NCBI GenBank assembly: GCA_045837725.1 | Contig: JBEWZL010000101.1 | Location: forward strand, 1 to 64,000 | Origin: Vermamoeba vermiformis | Taxonomy: Eukaryota | Direction of reading: 5' to 3' | Length of the DNA: 64,000 nucleotides | Part shown: piece after piece, positions 23,714 to 36,264 of the stretch | Layout of the letters: every line of letters begins with the position of its first letter | Position numbering within the stretch: the stretch's first letter is position 1 | Notes under the pieces: generated by a model | Seen by the model: only the letters and a program-made list of their open reading frames with translations | Told to the model about the DNA's origin: nothing | Database searches by the model: none | Position numbers and translations under genes: made by a program

Positions 23714-25313
23714 ATGCAGGGCTGTTTTAAGTTCTTTGGTCTCTTGATTTGTTTTTCGGTTTTCGTAAGTTTACTTAATTTCGATTATTTACGGCTGAAA
23801 AATATTATTCTAATGCTACAAAATTCTAAAACGTAATTTTACGTAGTTTATTCAATCTACAGCGGATCCAGTGCGGATTGGCGTTGGGGTTTATGTTCTC
23901 AATGTGGATTCGGTCGATTTAATGAACGGATTATTCAACTGCGATTTTTATTTGTATTTGCGCGATGAAAATGACACTAGACTCGATAATCAGCTCAATT
24001 ACACCCTCATGAATGTTGGACGCTACGTCTTTTACGGAGTTGAACGTCAACATACGCGTGTAATATCAACATTTAGCTTTGCACCAGACACTACTGGCTA
24101 TCCACTCGATGTTCAGATTTTATGTAAGCAATTTCTCCTCGATCTAGAATTTTAACTGATTTTATTGAGCTGTGTATTTTTATTAATGCTCTTCTCACTT
24201 AGCAATATTATTGACTATCGAAGGCTCGTCAATAGGTGAATATGAATTTTATCCGCGAGATGACCTAACGGGCATTTCATCGGATCTGCGGTTGCGAGGA
24301 TGGAACTTTTCAACAGAGGCATGGAACGCCTCAGTGCGCAACAGGTACTTCCCGCCTGAAAAACGTACAGCCTCGTTATATACATTCGAGTTTAAAATCA
24401 CGCGACCTGATATGATGGCTGTGAAAGTGTTTTTACCTCCCGCGATCTACATCATTTCAGTGCTGATCAGCTTCAGCATTCCCATTTCTCAATCCATCAC
24501 TAGACTAAGTACGTATTAATATACTGTACTTTATTGTCGTGTCGTTGCTCATTTATCTCTCACAGGTATCGTCACATCTGCACTCGTCGCGGAAGTATTG
24601 TTTCACAACTCAATTACGATACCATTCACAGGTACGAGGAACAACAATTTAACGAATTTATTTTAATTTTAAATCATTACAGGTGCTCCAATGCTGGCTG
24701 ACTACTTTTTGTACATTTGTTACGCGATCATCGTCATAGCCACCATTGAGAACGTTATTTTGATTCACATGAGCACCAAAGAGAGCAAGAAGGCAATGTC
24801 TATGACGAGGTACATCGAATCACGCACCAAATACCTCGTCTGGCTCATATTCCCATTCGTGTATCTGTTCTTGTTCTTCCAATGGTGGATCTGTCTCATC
24901 GTGATTATTTGTCCCGCGGGCATCTATTTCTCGGTCAAGTACGGCACTTTCATTCACAACCATACGAGCTTTAAGCTAACTATTTGGATCTTGCTAGGGC
25001 TGTAGTCCGACGAGTCCGTGTGGTGATTGAAAAGCGACGCAAGAAGCGCGAAGACATTTCGGTCAAGCACGACAGGGAGGACGAAGAGTACAACCAAGAG
25101 CGTGGCTCGCGCATCGAAATGACGATTGCTAGCTCGCAGAATGTCGATGTGTCTCGGACTGACATGCGCAATGAGGTGCTGAAGAAAGAAATCGAAGAAC
25201 ACGATCGCAGGAACTCGTTGCGATCAATCGCCACCGTGCCCAAACTCGCTGAAAGTATGGCCTCTGACGCTGATTCTGAGTACAAAGTGTCGCGCGGCTC
25301 TCATGTAGTATAG
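23714..25313 (+). CDS. Cys-less (Pro-loop) pentameric ligand-gated ion channel subunit
   Basis: PVRIGVGVYVLNVDSVDLMNGLFNCDFYL, Pro-loop GYPLDVQIL, LRGW, FKITR before M1 (KVFLPPAIYIIS), M2 RLSIVTSALVAEVLFHNSI, M3 LADYFLYICYAIIVIA, M4 YLVWLIFPFVYLFL, then a further hydrophobic stretch and a charged tail. Confidence 0.85.
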
Positions 25314-25403
25314 TTATTTGTAAGTGATGTAAATGTGTAAATAGTGAGTCAAAACGTTAATCGATTTATACAAAAATTTACACTAGTGGTAATCAAACAA
25401 AGC

Positions 25404-26221
25404 TTATTTCTTTGATAAAGCCTTGCCGAGAATAATGGCACCAGCAGTCAGCACTGCGGCGATGGATCCGACCACGGCGACACCCACCAATCCGTCTGAT
25501 TATTTGTTGTTAGTAACGAAACCATCATCATATATCATCGTGCGTACCTTTTGTGATCTTGTCCTCTATCAAACTGTTCAATGCTTGGGCTTGCATGTTG
25601 TTTGGCTCTTCGTTGAGCAAGATCTAAAGCCGTCGGTCAGACACAAATCTTTCTCGCCAGATCTAAACGGCTTACCGTCAAAAACTTGCGAGATTCCGTA
25701 TATTCTTCAACTCTATAGAGGCCCAATGCCATATAATAAAAGCAACTGCGTCGCAGTTCTTTGTCGAGTTTGGGATCGACGATAATTCCTGTTCACGAAC
25801 AATCCATGAGACTGAAATCCATATTTACTATTAATCATACCTTGTAGTAGCTTAATTCCTTTGTTTTTATCACTTCTCTTCTTGCTGCGAATCAAACAGA
25901 TTGCATAGGCAAAAGTACTTTCGATCGTTGGTGTTTCCTTTCTGTAAATCTCTTCTGCAATCTAATACATTATCGTGTTATAATTAAACGTCAATTTAAA
26001 TATCAATAATGAAGCTGGAGAATTCTGGCTGATTATTTGAAAATTGAAATAGAATATTCTATTTTTTTCCAGAAGTTCAATAGAGGTGCCATTATATTAT
26101 TGGGTTAATTATGCTAATATTATTTATAGGATTTATTGTACGAAATTGACGTGCTTACGGCAAGTTCTTGGGAGAAATCCATTGTCTCCTCAGTTCTTAA
26201 TTGTTCTTTGATATTCTCCAT
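25404..26221 (-). CDS. FIS1: Mitochondrial fission protein Fis1
   Basis: Spliced: STFAYAICLIRSKKRSDKNKGIKLL, SCFYYMALGLYRVEEYTESRKFL, LLNEEPNNMQAQALNSLIEDKITKDGLVGVAVVGSIAAVLTAGAIILGKALSKK (TPR region plus C-terminal tail anchor). Confidence 0.9.
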
Positions 26222-26521
26222 CTTATATAATATATTAAACTCTAAGAGTTGCTATTTGATGCTGTGGTTGTCGATGGCTCTGAAATTAAAGAAAACAGGG
26301 AAATCGAAAAATTGTTCGCGACACGCACGTAGAATTCTCAAAAAAACACTTCAACGTGCTCATGCTGCGTCATCGAGCACGGTAATGACTGCCTGGAACT
26401 CTCACGCGTGCATTCTCACCTAACAACAAACTTTCGACTCGAAACGATGTCAATTATCCGCATTTTATTCTTTATAACCACACAATGCATTGTAACATCT
26501 TCACCGTATCGCCGTGCTATA

Positions 26522-27380
26522 TTACGTCCGCTTTATCTCTTGCAAGCACTCTACAGCCAAGCTGGACATCATATCCGGTTCTCTTCTTTCAAACGTCAGT
26601 AAAAACTCCTTAATCAGTTGTGGTAGCTCTAAACAGACGTATTTGACGATACTGCGTTGGAACGACTTGGTGCACTGGTCGAATATGTGCTTGAGATAGG
26701 CATACAATAGCACATCTAAGCCGAACTTCTTCATCCAGCGGCAAGCGGCAACAATACTCGTGCATGTAAAGTAATTCCAATCGATTTCTAAAATATGCAC
26801 GATTAATTGACAACTTTTTTTGGCGTTATTGGTACGCACCTCCCGTTGGATCAGGGGTGTCCTCCTCTATTTCTTGGAAATGCATCGTGGGATCGAATGC
26901 CCTGGCCTCGTACAAAGATTTGATGCCTATTGCGCGTTAGAATTTTGCCTTAATATTTCAGAACTTACGGAACGAATCCAGGTTGAAGGAGTGAAACTTG
27001 GCTATGAACTCGTTGTGTGTCTTTAAGAATTTATCCTTCGCTGAGATACACCCTTTCCTTTGATCCAAATCACCGAATATTTTTAAATAAAGCACTCCCC
27101 AATAGAAATCTTCTGTACACGCTGAATCCACAATTTGTTTCCACCTTGTGCAGGTTAGTTTAGCATTGACTATAGCTCTTATATCTTTCGTTGATGGTGT
27201 TGCAACGCATAGCATATCGATAAGGATACAGTGTTGAATTTCAAGCGGAAGAGCCTCAAAGATACCCAAATCTGATACCCGCGCATTAACAACAAAGGTC
27301 TCTTCGTCTTGTTGACCATCGACCCGTGCTTTTTTAGTTGCTTTCTTATTCCTCGCCGCAATTATGGCTTTTCGCTTCAT
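26522..27380 (-). CDS. F-box protein (3' end uncertain, may extend to about 26360)
   Basis: Basic NLS-like N-terminus MKRKAIIAARNKKATKKAR, then F-box-like FEALPLEIQHCILIDML...AKLTCTRWKQIV. Two introns join in frame. Confidence 0.7.
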
Positions 27381-27793
27381 GTTGGCGTGCAAAGATTTAA
27401 TTAAACTTTTGATCAAATTTTGTTTTTGTTGACGGCCATCAAATTGGAGGCTTATTATTACGTCATAAATTAATATTTAAATACGTACATTGCACCTACC
27501 TCTTTTGTGCACTTTATCTCGGACGGAGAATGGATTAAATCCAAAATACACACAAGTAAATTCTACAACTAAGGGCCATATAGATGATATCGTTTAATTA
27601 GAAGATCTATGTATATATATCAAATGTTGTCCTCGGCGGTTAGAAAATCGATACAAATGCGACAGAAAAATTTACTAACGTTTTTTTTTTTGGACTCACG
27701 TGCACCGCTCTTTTATCCATTTAAGCGAATAGATTGACCACATCTCGTGAATTAACCTATTCGCTTTGTAATATATATCATTAGTTAGCACTT

Positions 27794-29746
27794 ATGGATA
27801 CGCCAATTGCAGCGGAAGTAAATGGCACTTCGACAGACTTGCCAGCGGATCCTGTTGTCGCGTTGGGTAAGGTTTATAAAGCTAGTCAAGTAAATCTTAT
27901 CGATGACTTATCGTTAATATAGATCGTACGGGCCCTCCCGATTATGCTATCACTGCCATTACCGGGTTCACAAGTTTGATTCTGCTGATTGCCTCCGTGT
28001 TTGTCATATTTGCTCGGAATTACGAGCCCGTGAAGAACAAACAAGTGCATATATTATTACCATCAGTATACTCTGGCGTAATATTTATTTTGAGCTCACT
28101 GGTAAGATCAAGATCTGACACTCGAATTAATTTAATAATAAGAAAACGGTTTTTCCTCGTGAATTCTTTATTTTATTTTGTATGATATTCGTAGTTAAAG
28201 ATTTCATATCCTTTTTCTTTTTTTATACATTTCAGTTTTTTTTCGGATCTGCTTCGTGATTTTCGACGGAAAATCATATCTCTTTGGACTTTTTGTTTGA
28301 AAAATTTGTTACTCGAACTCTAATATTAACGTCTCAATCTGTTTTTAGGTGGTAAATAATCATTATACGCGAGATGCTGATAGTTTTTGGGGTCTTTGCG
28401 TGTTCTGGGCATGTAAGTACCTTTTAATAGTGCTAGCATTTGATCGCCTTCCATTATTAATTGGAACGCTATTTTGACTATGAATCGTCATAAAGGAATT
28501 AAATTTAAGAGTTTGTGATCTGATCGACTTCGTTTTAGTTTGGGTTAATCTCGTGCTTGGACTTGGACCCTGGTTATCCTGCTTAGTTATTAGGCCGTTT
28601 AGATTATTATACACGTTCAAGTATCGCAAAGCTGTCACCCCGAAGCGAGCCTTTGTAATGTTAACTATTATGAACATTCCGTATCTCGTCTATGCAGTCT
28701 GTAAGCAGCCGCGCATATTATGACTATCGAATATATAGTAAGCATATTTAACGAGTATTTATTATACAGTTGCTCAAGGATTCGACGGTTGGGTTTACCA
28801 TCCCGAAAAACGGATTTGTCAAAGCGCAAGTAAGTCTAGAATTCCATTTTTCATATCTTCGTACGATTGTACCATTATCCCCGATAAAAATGTGTCCTTA
28901 GTAATTTTACACGAAGAAATTTTTTAATTTTTGATTCACTGACACTCGTCACCTTTTTGCTGTACTAAAGATTCTCAAATAGATTTTGGTTGGACAGTTG
29001 GAATCTTGGTCATCATTGTCGTGTATATTATAACCTACCTCGTACGTCCTCAATTTTAATCAATCAAATTAATAATTTCTTTTTTCGCCAGATCGTATCA
29101 ATTTTGCTGTACAAAGTCAAGTCCAATTCTAAATTCGCGGATTATTTGGAACATTATTATTACGAATTTCCTATCATCAGGTATGTTATTCATATTATTT
29201 TGATATCAAAAGCTTTTTTAACGCATCCAAACAGATTGGGCATTATCATTGCTATCTTACTGGCAGTGGCCAATCTCATTATTTGGGCTATCAAACAAGC
29301 TTTTGACGTGTCTAATGATGTGCGCGTATGGGGCCGGTTCTTTCAAACTCTAACGGTACGTTCGTAATGTCGATTTTCAGACAGTCTGTGATAACACGTG
29401 TCACAAAATGTCATTCTCAAGCTGACACTTTTACCTACAGGGAGTGTTTGCGGTGGCATTCTTCTTCTTCGTGCCCATGTCCAAGCCACTCTGGAAGTGG
29501 TTGTTCTCACGCGACGCCTATCTCGAGCGGTACCGTGACTCGATGACACACGCGCGCAGATCTGCTGCAGCCAGCGCGGTCGATTCAGCTATTGCTAGCG
29601 GTGCTGCACCAATGCCCGATACTCCTCGCGAAATGTCCACGCAGAACCATCTCAGCTCGCCGGAGATTGATCAACACGATGAGGAGATCCAGGAGGACGA
29701 TGTAAATATGACGAGTGACTCTAGTCGCGACATGAGCGATGCCTAG
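27794..29746 (+). CDS. Seven-transmembrane protein resembling the 7TM module of plant RGS1, with no RGS domain
   Basis: About 7 hydrophobic segments over ~10 exons. GLCVFWA/VWVNLVLGLGPWLSCLVIRPFRLLYTF resembles the recalled RGS1 TM3 region. A low-complexity acidic tail ends at 29746. Confidence 0.65.
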
Positions 29747-29878
29747 GTCAGCCTGTGTATGTAGAATTTATTTATTGTTGTGAATATCATTTGAACCCAT
29801 CCGATTATATAAATATTACGGAGTTTAAATGAACACGCACTAGATCTTGATCCATTTGGTTTATATACACTGAGGTTT

Positions 29879-31782
29879 TTAGGCTCTATTTACACTTGTG
29901 TCGCTAGCTCCTCTCGGAGACAACGTAGCAGAGAAAGAATTGGACGAATTGCTCATCTGCTGAATGATCGTGTCGTCCGAAGTGAACTGGATCTTGCACT
30001 TGTCGCAGGTCTGTGAAGGCAGCACATTGAACAGCATCAATGTGTAGAACGAGAAACACGACGCGCACTGTCGATAAGCACCTTGCAAGAATGAGAATAC
30101 GAACATGGCTGCTAGTAACCAATATGAGGCGTCAACTTGTCCAAGCATGAACAAAATAACTAAAAAGAATCAACGTTAGGAGTACACTTCGTACGTAGTT
30201 TGGCACGTACAAGAAGCAGCGGAGAAGATAAATCCAACGAGCTGTGCAATTCTTTTTGGCGGACCAGCGATGTAGTGCGGCTTGAATCTTGAAGAGATTG
30301 CCACGACGAGCCTGAAAGTCGTTTGGTGAGTTGATTGGTGGTACTCGCAGTGCTACACGTACCATGCCTGAGGGTCGTAAAGAGGACCCGAAGCGAATCT
30401 AAATAGCATGCCTGCAGTGACCGGGATCCACCACCACGGCCAGTTGAAAAAGTAGCTAGTAAACAAGATGATCACGATATGAACACACGTTATTATGGCA
30501 TGTAAAACACTATCGAGCTCGTTGATCGGATGAGGAAAGTTGAATATGTCTTTCTAAATAAGGAAATGTTAATTCGCGACAGGAACTTTGACATTTTGGC
30601 ACTTACAAATCTTTTCGGTCTGTTGCGCCAGAATACCATTGTGCGCGAGAGAGACAGCTGAATTTCTTGCTCGGAATAGATTTGCACGTCGTGTTTGACC
30701 TTGTCCATAAAAGGCAAGTTTACCGGCGTGAATTTCTTGGCTGACCCAGTTTCAGCCCCTACAATTGCAACGGTCGAGGTCGGTTTTATCATCTGCAATG
30801 CCACCGTTGTGTAGCCGTGGTCGTAGCACGTGAATCCGAGCAATGAAATCATGACAAATAAGTAGCACAAGTCTGCGCCTATTAACGCCATCCACGGACC
30901 ATATTGATACGGATTGGACAACACATCAGCAAAGACAATATGTAATGCTAATATTATGATCCATGCTGCGTGCAATATGATCACGAATATTTTCAGCTTC
31001 CGGATGCGTTTGGTTTTGATTGCTTTTTCGCGTAACAGGATGCAGGCGATGATAAGTCCCAAAGAGCTGGCCATGAAGCAAGCAGCGAATGTGATGACAA
31101 ATTGCTTCGAGTCTTCGTGTTGATCAGCCACTACGCATATGGGTATAATTAGCGCCAGTAGAGCTGCAACAACGGCCGATTGCATGAGTCGTAATTTTCG
31201 GGCAAACTTCCGAGATGAAACCATTGATTTAAGTGAAGAACGAGTCAACAAAATACTGTAATAAAAAATAGGATTAATAACGTGCTAAAAGCAATTCATT
31301 GGCTGCGTTAATACGATCTCAGATCAGCTCGAATTTGCGACTTTAATTCTGAATAATGACCGGTGGGTAGCTTACGATAATTTTAAGTGAATATAGAATA
31401 AAATAAGAATAATTTTAAAGGAGAAAAATACGTACACGAGGAGGAAGATCAAGTAACAGACGATCTGAGCTATAGTGAACGGCAAAGTGAAGAACAGCGC
31501 TGCAAACCATTTCGGTAGTGAGTATAATTCGCCATGACCGAAGTACGCAATGCCGCAGAACGTAATCATGACACATCCGCCGAAGCATAAAAGTATGGCG
31601 AGCTGCACGCTCAAATTCATCTTGAATCCTTTAATAGCCACTCGCGCGCATATATAGCCCACTACAGACAGCGTAGCAGTAATCATCATGACGAACCAAA
31701 GCACGTAGAACACATCCAAGGGAAAGTGCCACGTAAAGCAGCTCGGGGAATGCCAGCCAAAATACAGCGGCTGGCAAGCCAT
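29879..31782 (-). CDS. Membrane protein: N-terminal 7TM region fused to a C-terminal DUF4395-like domain
   Basis: Seven hydrophobic segments in 31782-30820, then IFNFPHPINE, FRFASGPLYDP, IAGPPKRIAQLVG, CASC and VLPSQTCDKC, which match the recalled DUF4395 pattern (FPNPVNE...GPPKRFAQ...CxGC...CxxC). Confidence 0.7.
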
Positions 31783-32471
31783 CTTGTTGCGCTAGTAAGA
31801 AAATGAATCGAATGACCACGGCAGAAATTATTCGAAACGCACGCGTTAAAGTTGTAAACTGTCACCCCATACTAGATCTCCTTTTATGACACGAGGCTAA
31901 ATCGGGCAAATAAATTCGGTATTTGCATATCTTGCCCATGGAACTGTAATAACAACCTGCAGAGATTAGCTAGGAACCAATGAACGTCGAAAGAATCTTA
32001 AAAAACAAAATTTAAAAATAAAAATATCCTAAAATTAAAAAGAAGCGGCCAATTTCAAAATCTGGCACTGGAATATCGAATTAAAAATGGATGTTAGCTT
32101 ACTTGAACAAAGACGCAGAAGCTCGATCCGCTTCTCGCCGAGTTAATAACTGCCCAATTAGGCTATTCATCGGGCCATACCATTAATTGTGCGATGGAAC
32201 TGAATAGTGGTGATTACTAAGATATAGTACTGACAAATTTTGGAAAGAATGAATACCAGAAATACGACATCCGATTTTCAGACCTAAAGACGTCTTTGTC
32301 AGGAGCGCGCGAACTGAAATTTACTCGGACTTGTTCATATTTGGCCAAACTTCTTCAAGTTGTTGCAATTTTAGTTCATTCTCGCTTTTGACACGAAAGC
32401 AACACAAGGTAAGCAAAATTGAACGAAGATTTTCTTCTTCTCAGCAGATCTAATCCGTATTGTGGTGTAGA

Positions 32472-34221
32472 ATGTCAACAAATACAAACCATCACCAAGA
32501 AGCTCACGGGCACAATCACTGCGCACATAACCACGGAGCCAAGGTCGCAGGAGATAACGCTCATTGCTCATCTGGCCCAGGTTACGCCAGTCCGCTTGAC
32601 GCCATGCACAACGGGCCTCGCGAGAAGTTAATCTATGTCCCCGCACTACCTGAGGGCACTAATCACCCGGATTACCTTGCGACTATCGACGTTGATCCTG
32701 CGTCCCCAACTTACAGCCAAGTCATTCATCGCTTGAGCGTTCCGTTTGTCGGCGATGAACTCCATCATACCGGCTGGAATGCTTGCAGTAGCTGCCACAA
32801 CGATAGCTCGCGAAGCAGAAAGTACTTGATCGCTCCAGGCTTGAAATCTGGAAATATTTACGTAATTGATACTGCCTCGGAGCCAAGAGCACCTAAATTG
32901 CATAAAACAATATTAGGCAAAGATATTGTCGAGAAGACTAACCTTACCTGGCCGCATACAAGGTAATTCTTGTTTTACCTGATTCGAACTTAGTTCTGAA
33001 ATTGCTTCAAATTTCTACTACTGTCCTTCCATTAACGCGAGTTATATTTAGCCATTGCTTAGCTTCAGGAGATTTGATGATCTCCCATATGGGTGACAAA
33101 GATGGCAACGCACAGGGCGGATTTGTTTTGGTTGATTCAGATTTCAACATTAAAGGCCGATGGGAGCAGAACAATAGCAGCACGCAATTCGGATATGACT
33201 TTTGGTATCAGCCGCGCCATAATGTCATGGTTAGCTCTGGTTGGGGTGAACCGAACTCGTTCAAAAACGGATTTAACCCGGCGGAAGTCCCAACAAAGTA
33301 CGGCCGATATCTCTGGTTCTGGGACTGGAAGAAACAAGAAGTAGTCAAGAAAGTGGTAAGTATATCGGGTATATTCCGAAGATTCCTTTCGCTTACGATC
33401 CGGATCTATTTTTAGGATCTTGGCAACGAAGGCTTAGTGCCTTTAGAAGTGCGATTTTTGCACGATCCTAACAGCGCGCATGGATACGTGTGCGCAGCGT
33501 TGAGCAGCAGCGTGTGGCACTTCTTCAAAGACGAGCACGGTGAATGGCAGATCGAGAAGGTGATCCAAGTCGAGCCCGTGGAAGTGGAGGGCTGGGCACT
33601 GCCGCACATGCCAGGTCTGATCACGGACTTTGTGATCTCATTGGACGACAAGTACATGTACTTCTCTAACTGGCTGCACGGAGACCTCCGACAATACGAC
33701 ATTTCCAACCCTGCCAAGCCTGTCCTCGTTGGTCAATTGTTCTTGGGAGGTTCCCTGCGTCGCGATGGTGCTGTCAAGTAAGTAGATCGATCGCTAAAAA
33801 TAGAGTTAAATTGAAACTGAGTTTGCTGTCCCGTGAAATTTTGACAGCTTAACCAAAAATATCTTCTTTCAATTTTTCACTAAATCTTCCATTTAGGATC
33901 AAAAACGGTGAATTGGGTCCAGAAATTCCTACCATCAAGTCACACAAACTGCAAGGTGGGCCCCAAATGCTGCAACTCAGTCTCGATGGCAAGCGATTGT
34001 ACTTGACCAACTCGTTGTTCAGTGCGTGGGACAAACAGTTTTATCCCGAGCTCGTCCAAAAAGGCTCGCAATTGTTGCAAGTCGATGTTAACACCGAGAA
34101 GGGCGGCTTGAAGCTCAACGAGAATTTCTTGGTCGATTTCTTCAACGAGCCTTTCGGACCTGCACTCGCGCACGAGATCCGCTTCCCAGGTGGTGATTGC
34201 ACGTCAGATATTTGGGTCTAA
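32472..34221 (+). CDS. SELENBP1: Selenium-binding protein 56 / methanethiol oxidase family
   Basis: [99 protein letters not shown], and C-terminal [10 protein letters not shown]. Three introns. Confidence 0.97.
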
Positions 34222-34242
34222 AACAGAATTTATCAAAACCGT

Positions 34243-36029
34243 TTAGCATAGTTGTAGCACTGCTTCTCGTTCTCTTATGTTTGTGAAGAACGAGTCGTTG
34301 ATATAAAACTCCAGGTTTTTGCCTTCGCTATTGACAGCTTTGATGTCGTGACCTAACACAAGTGTTATTAAGATTGGACACATATATAACGAGTAATTGC
34401 CTACCTTGTGCTAGGAGTGTTTGCATCAGAGTGATTGTATGATAAGGTACGCAGAAAATTATTTTCCAAGTGTACAGTGCACGCGTCACTTGCCCTATCA
34501 CGTGAAAGATGGTGTTGTTGGAGCCATTGCCGAGGATGTCGTTCCAATTCGACTTTGGAACGGAGTTTACGAGGAATAGAACGACGTCGTCAAGGTCTGG
34601 GTTTGTGAATGACACCTCCACTGTGTTGAGCAAGATCTCTGACACGTTGACAAGTGCGTGGGTCAGCAAGAACTGCATGACTTGCAGTTTGTTTTTAAAA
34701 CTCTTCTTGCGCAACAGAACTTGATCCGTCCACTTGCGATCGAATTCAAAGCCTTCTTGCACGAGTACTTTTGCTACTTCCAACAACGCGACGTCCTTGG
34801 TGGCCGCGGCGGTGAGCACATCCAAAAGAATTTTCGATTGGACTGCAGGGGAGGCAAACACGCGTTTCAATGAATTAGTTCTTTGCAATAATTCAACGCC
34901 TTTCAGTGAAATAGCGCGATTAATGGTGTCTTGTATATCGACGAGCGGGAATTGGCTGAGAGGTTCGGACCAGATCTGTTGTATGATTTCTACGGGTTCT
35001 TCTTCGCATAAAATTGATAAAAATATCTTTGCGGACTTGGTAAGCAATTCTTTTTCGTTTCTAGCGCTGAAATGTTCCAAAATCATTTGCAAAGCTTCGT
35101 GATCCCACTTGACACTGACTGCTTCGACTAAAGGCCGCTGGCATTTCAATAATTGGTCGTTGAAATCTGTCATGAACTGTTTGAGAAGCTGTTTGGGGTT
35201 CTTTTGTTGAATAAACTGCTGCATCCAACAGAAATAAGTCATTGGGCTGTGTTTGGTCTTATTGAACAACGGTGAAGTGATGAATGAATTGATAAACTCC
35301 GCGTCATTCGATTTAAAGCACAATCCAACCATCAAGTGCTGATTATTGTGGATCAGATCGACGAGCTCTGTGACATCCGCGCTGGATTTGACTTGATCCA
35401 AAAATAACTTGTTTTTATGCAATAATGCCGTTTTAAACGCATTATAATATATCTCCGGGGCATTTGACATATCTATTTTCGTTTCTTTTGTTAATAATAA
35501 GCGTTTGACCCCTACGAAAAAGGAATTGAATTAATCCATCCGATGTGCACGAAAAATAATTCATAAACAACTTACATCGTTCAATATGCACAAACGAATC
35601 TGTTTTAGCTTTATCCATGGCAATAGCTTGGATTAAGGATTTTACGGTGCGATTATAAAGGTATTCGTAAGAAAAAATTGTTTCAAAAGACTGTCTGAAC
35701 CCAATTTTCCGTTTCGGAACTCTAAAAATAAGGCATCAGCATTATATATTATTATTAAGTAATTTGAATAATTTAGAAACGATAACTGAAGAAATATCTT
35801 TACTAAGAATTATTTACCTTGATAGATCGTAGTCGTTGGCAATAAGCTCGTCTAATTTTAAGAGAGTAGATAAAATCTCTTCTAAATTAAATATTTTTAA
35901 ATTTTCTTTGCTCGTTTGGCGCAATTTGAGCACATCTCGCGAAGGTGATAGGCAGAGGTACTGTAAGAGCTCTGGCAACAGGTCTGTAGGTAGAGTATTA
36001 AAAGAAAATGCCAAAGCTGTTGTTGCCAT
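34243..36029 (-). CDS. F-box-like protein with a helical/ankyrin-like C-terminal region
   Basis: MATTALAFSFNTLPTDLLPELLQYL...LKLRQTSK (F-box-like), a 380-codon exon, and terminal ankyrin-like NNTIFHVIG...LLAQG/HDIKAVNSEGKN. The last exon stops at 34243. Confidence 0.65.
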
Positions 36030-36264
36030 GATGTGGTTGGAACGGAAAAAATGCCCGATCTGCCAGAAAGTACAATAACGCTTCAATAATTGTATCAAAA
36101 ACTGCATAACACTCACTAACCACGAGACTTCTGAACACCTCCTTTTATCGAAGTGGTTGAAATGACCCCAGGCAAGCACAAACAAAATCTAAACAATTAA
36201 TTGTAGTCGCACGTGTTGTTTATTTTACATTGCTTGTGAGCACACAAGGGTCTATTCTTCGATT

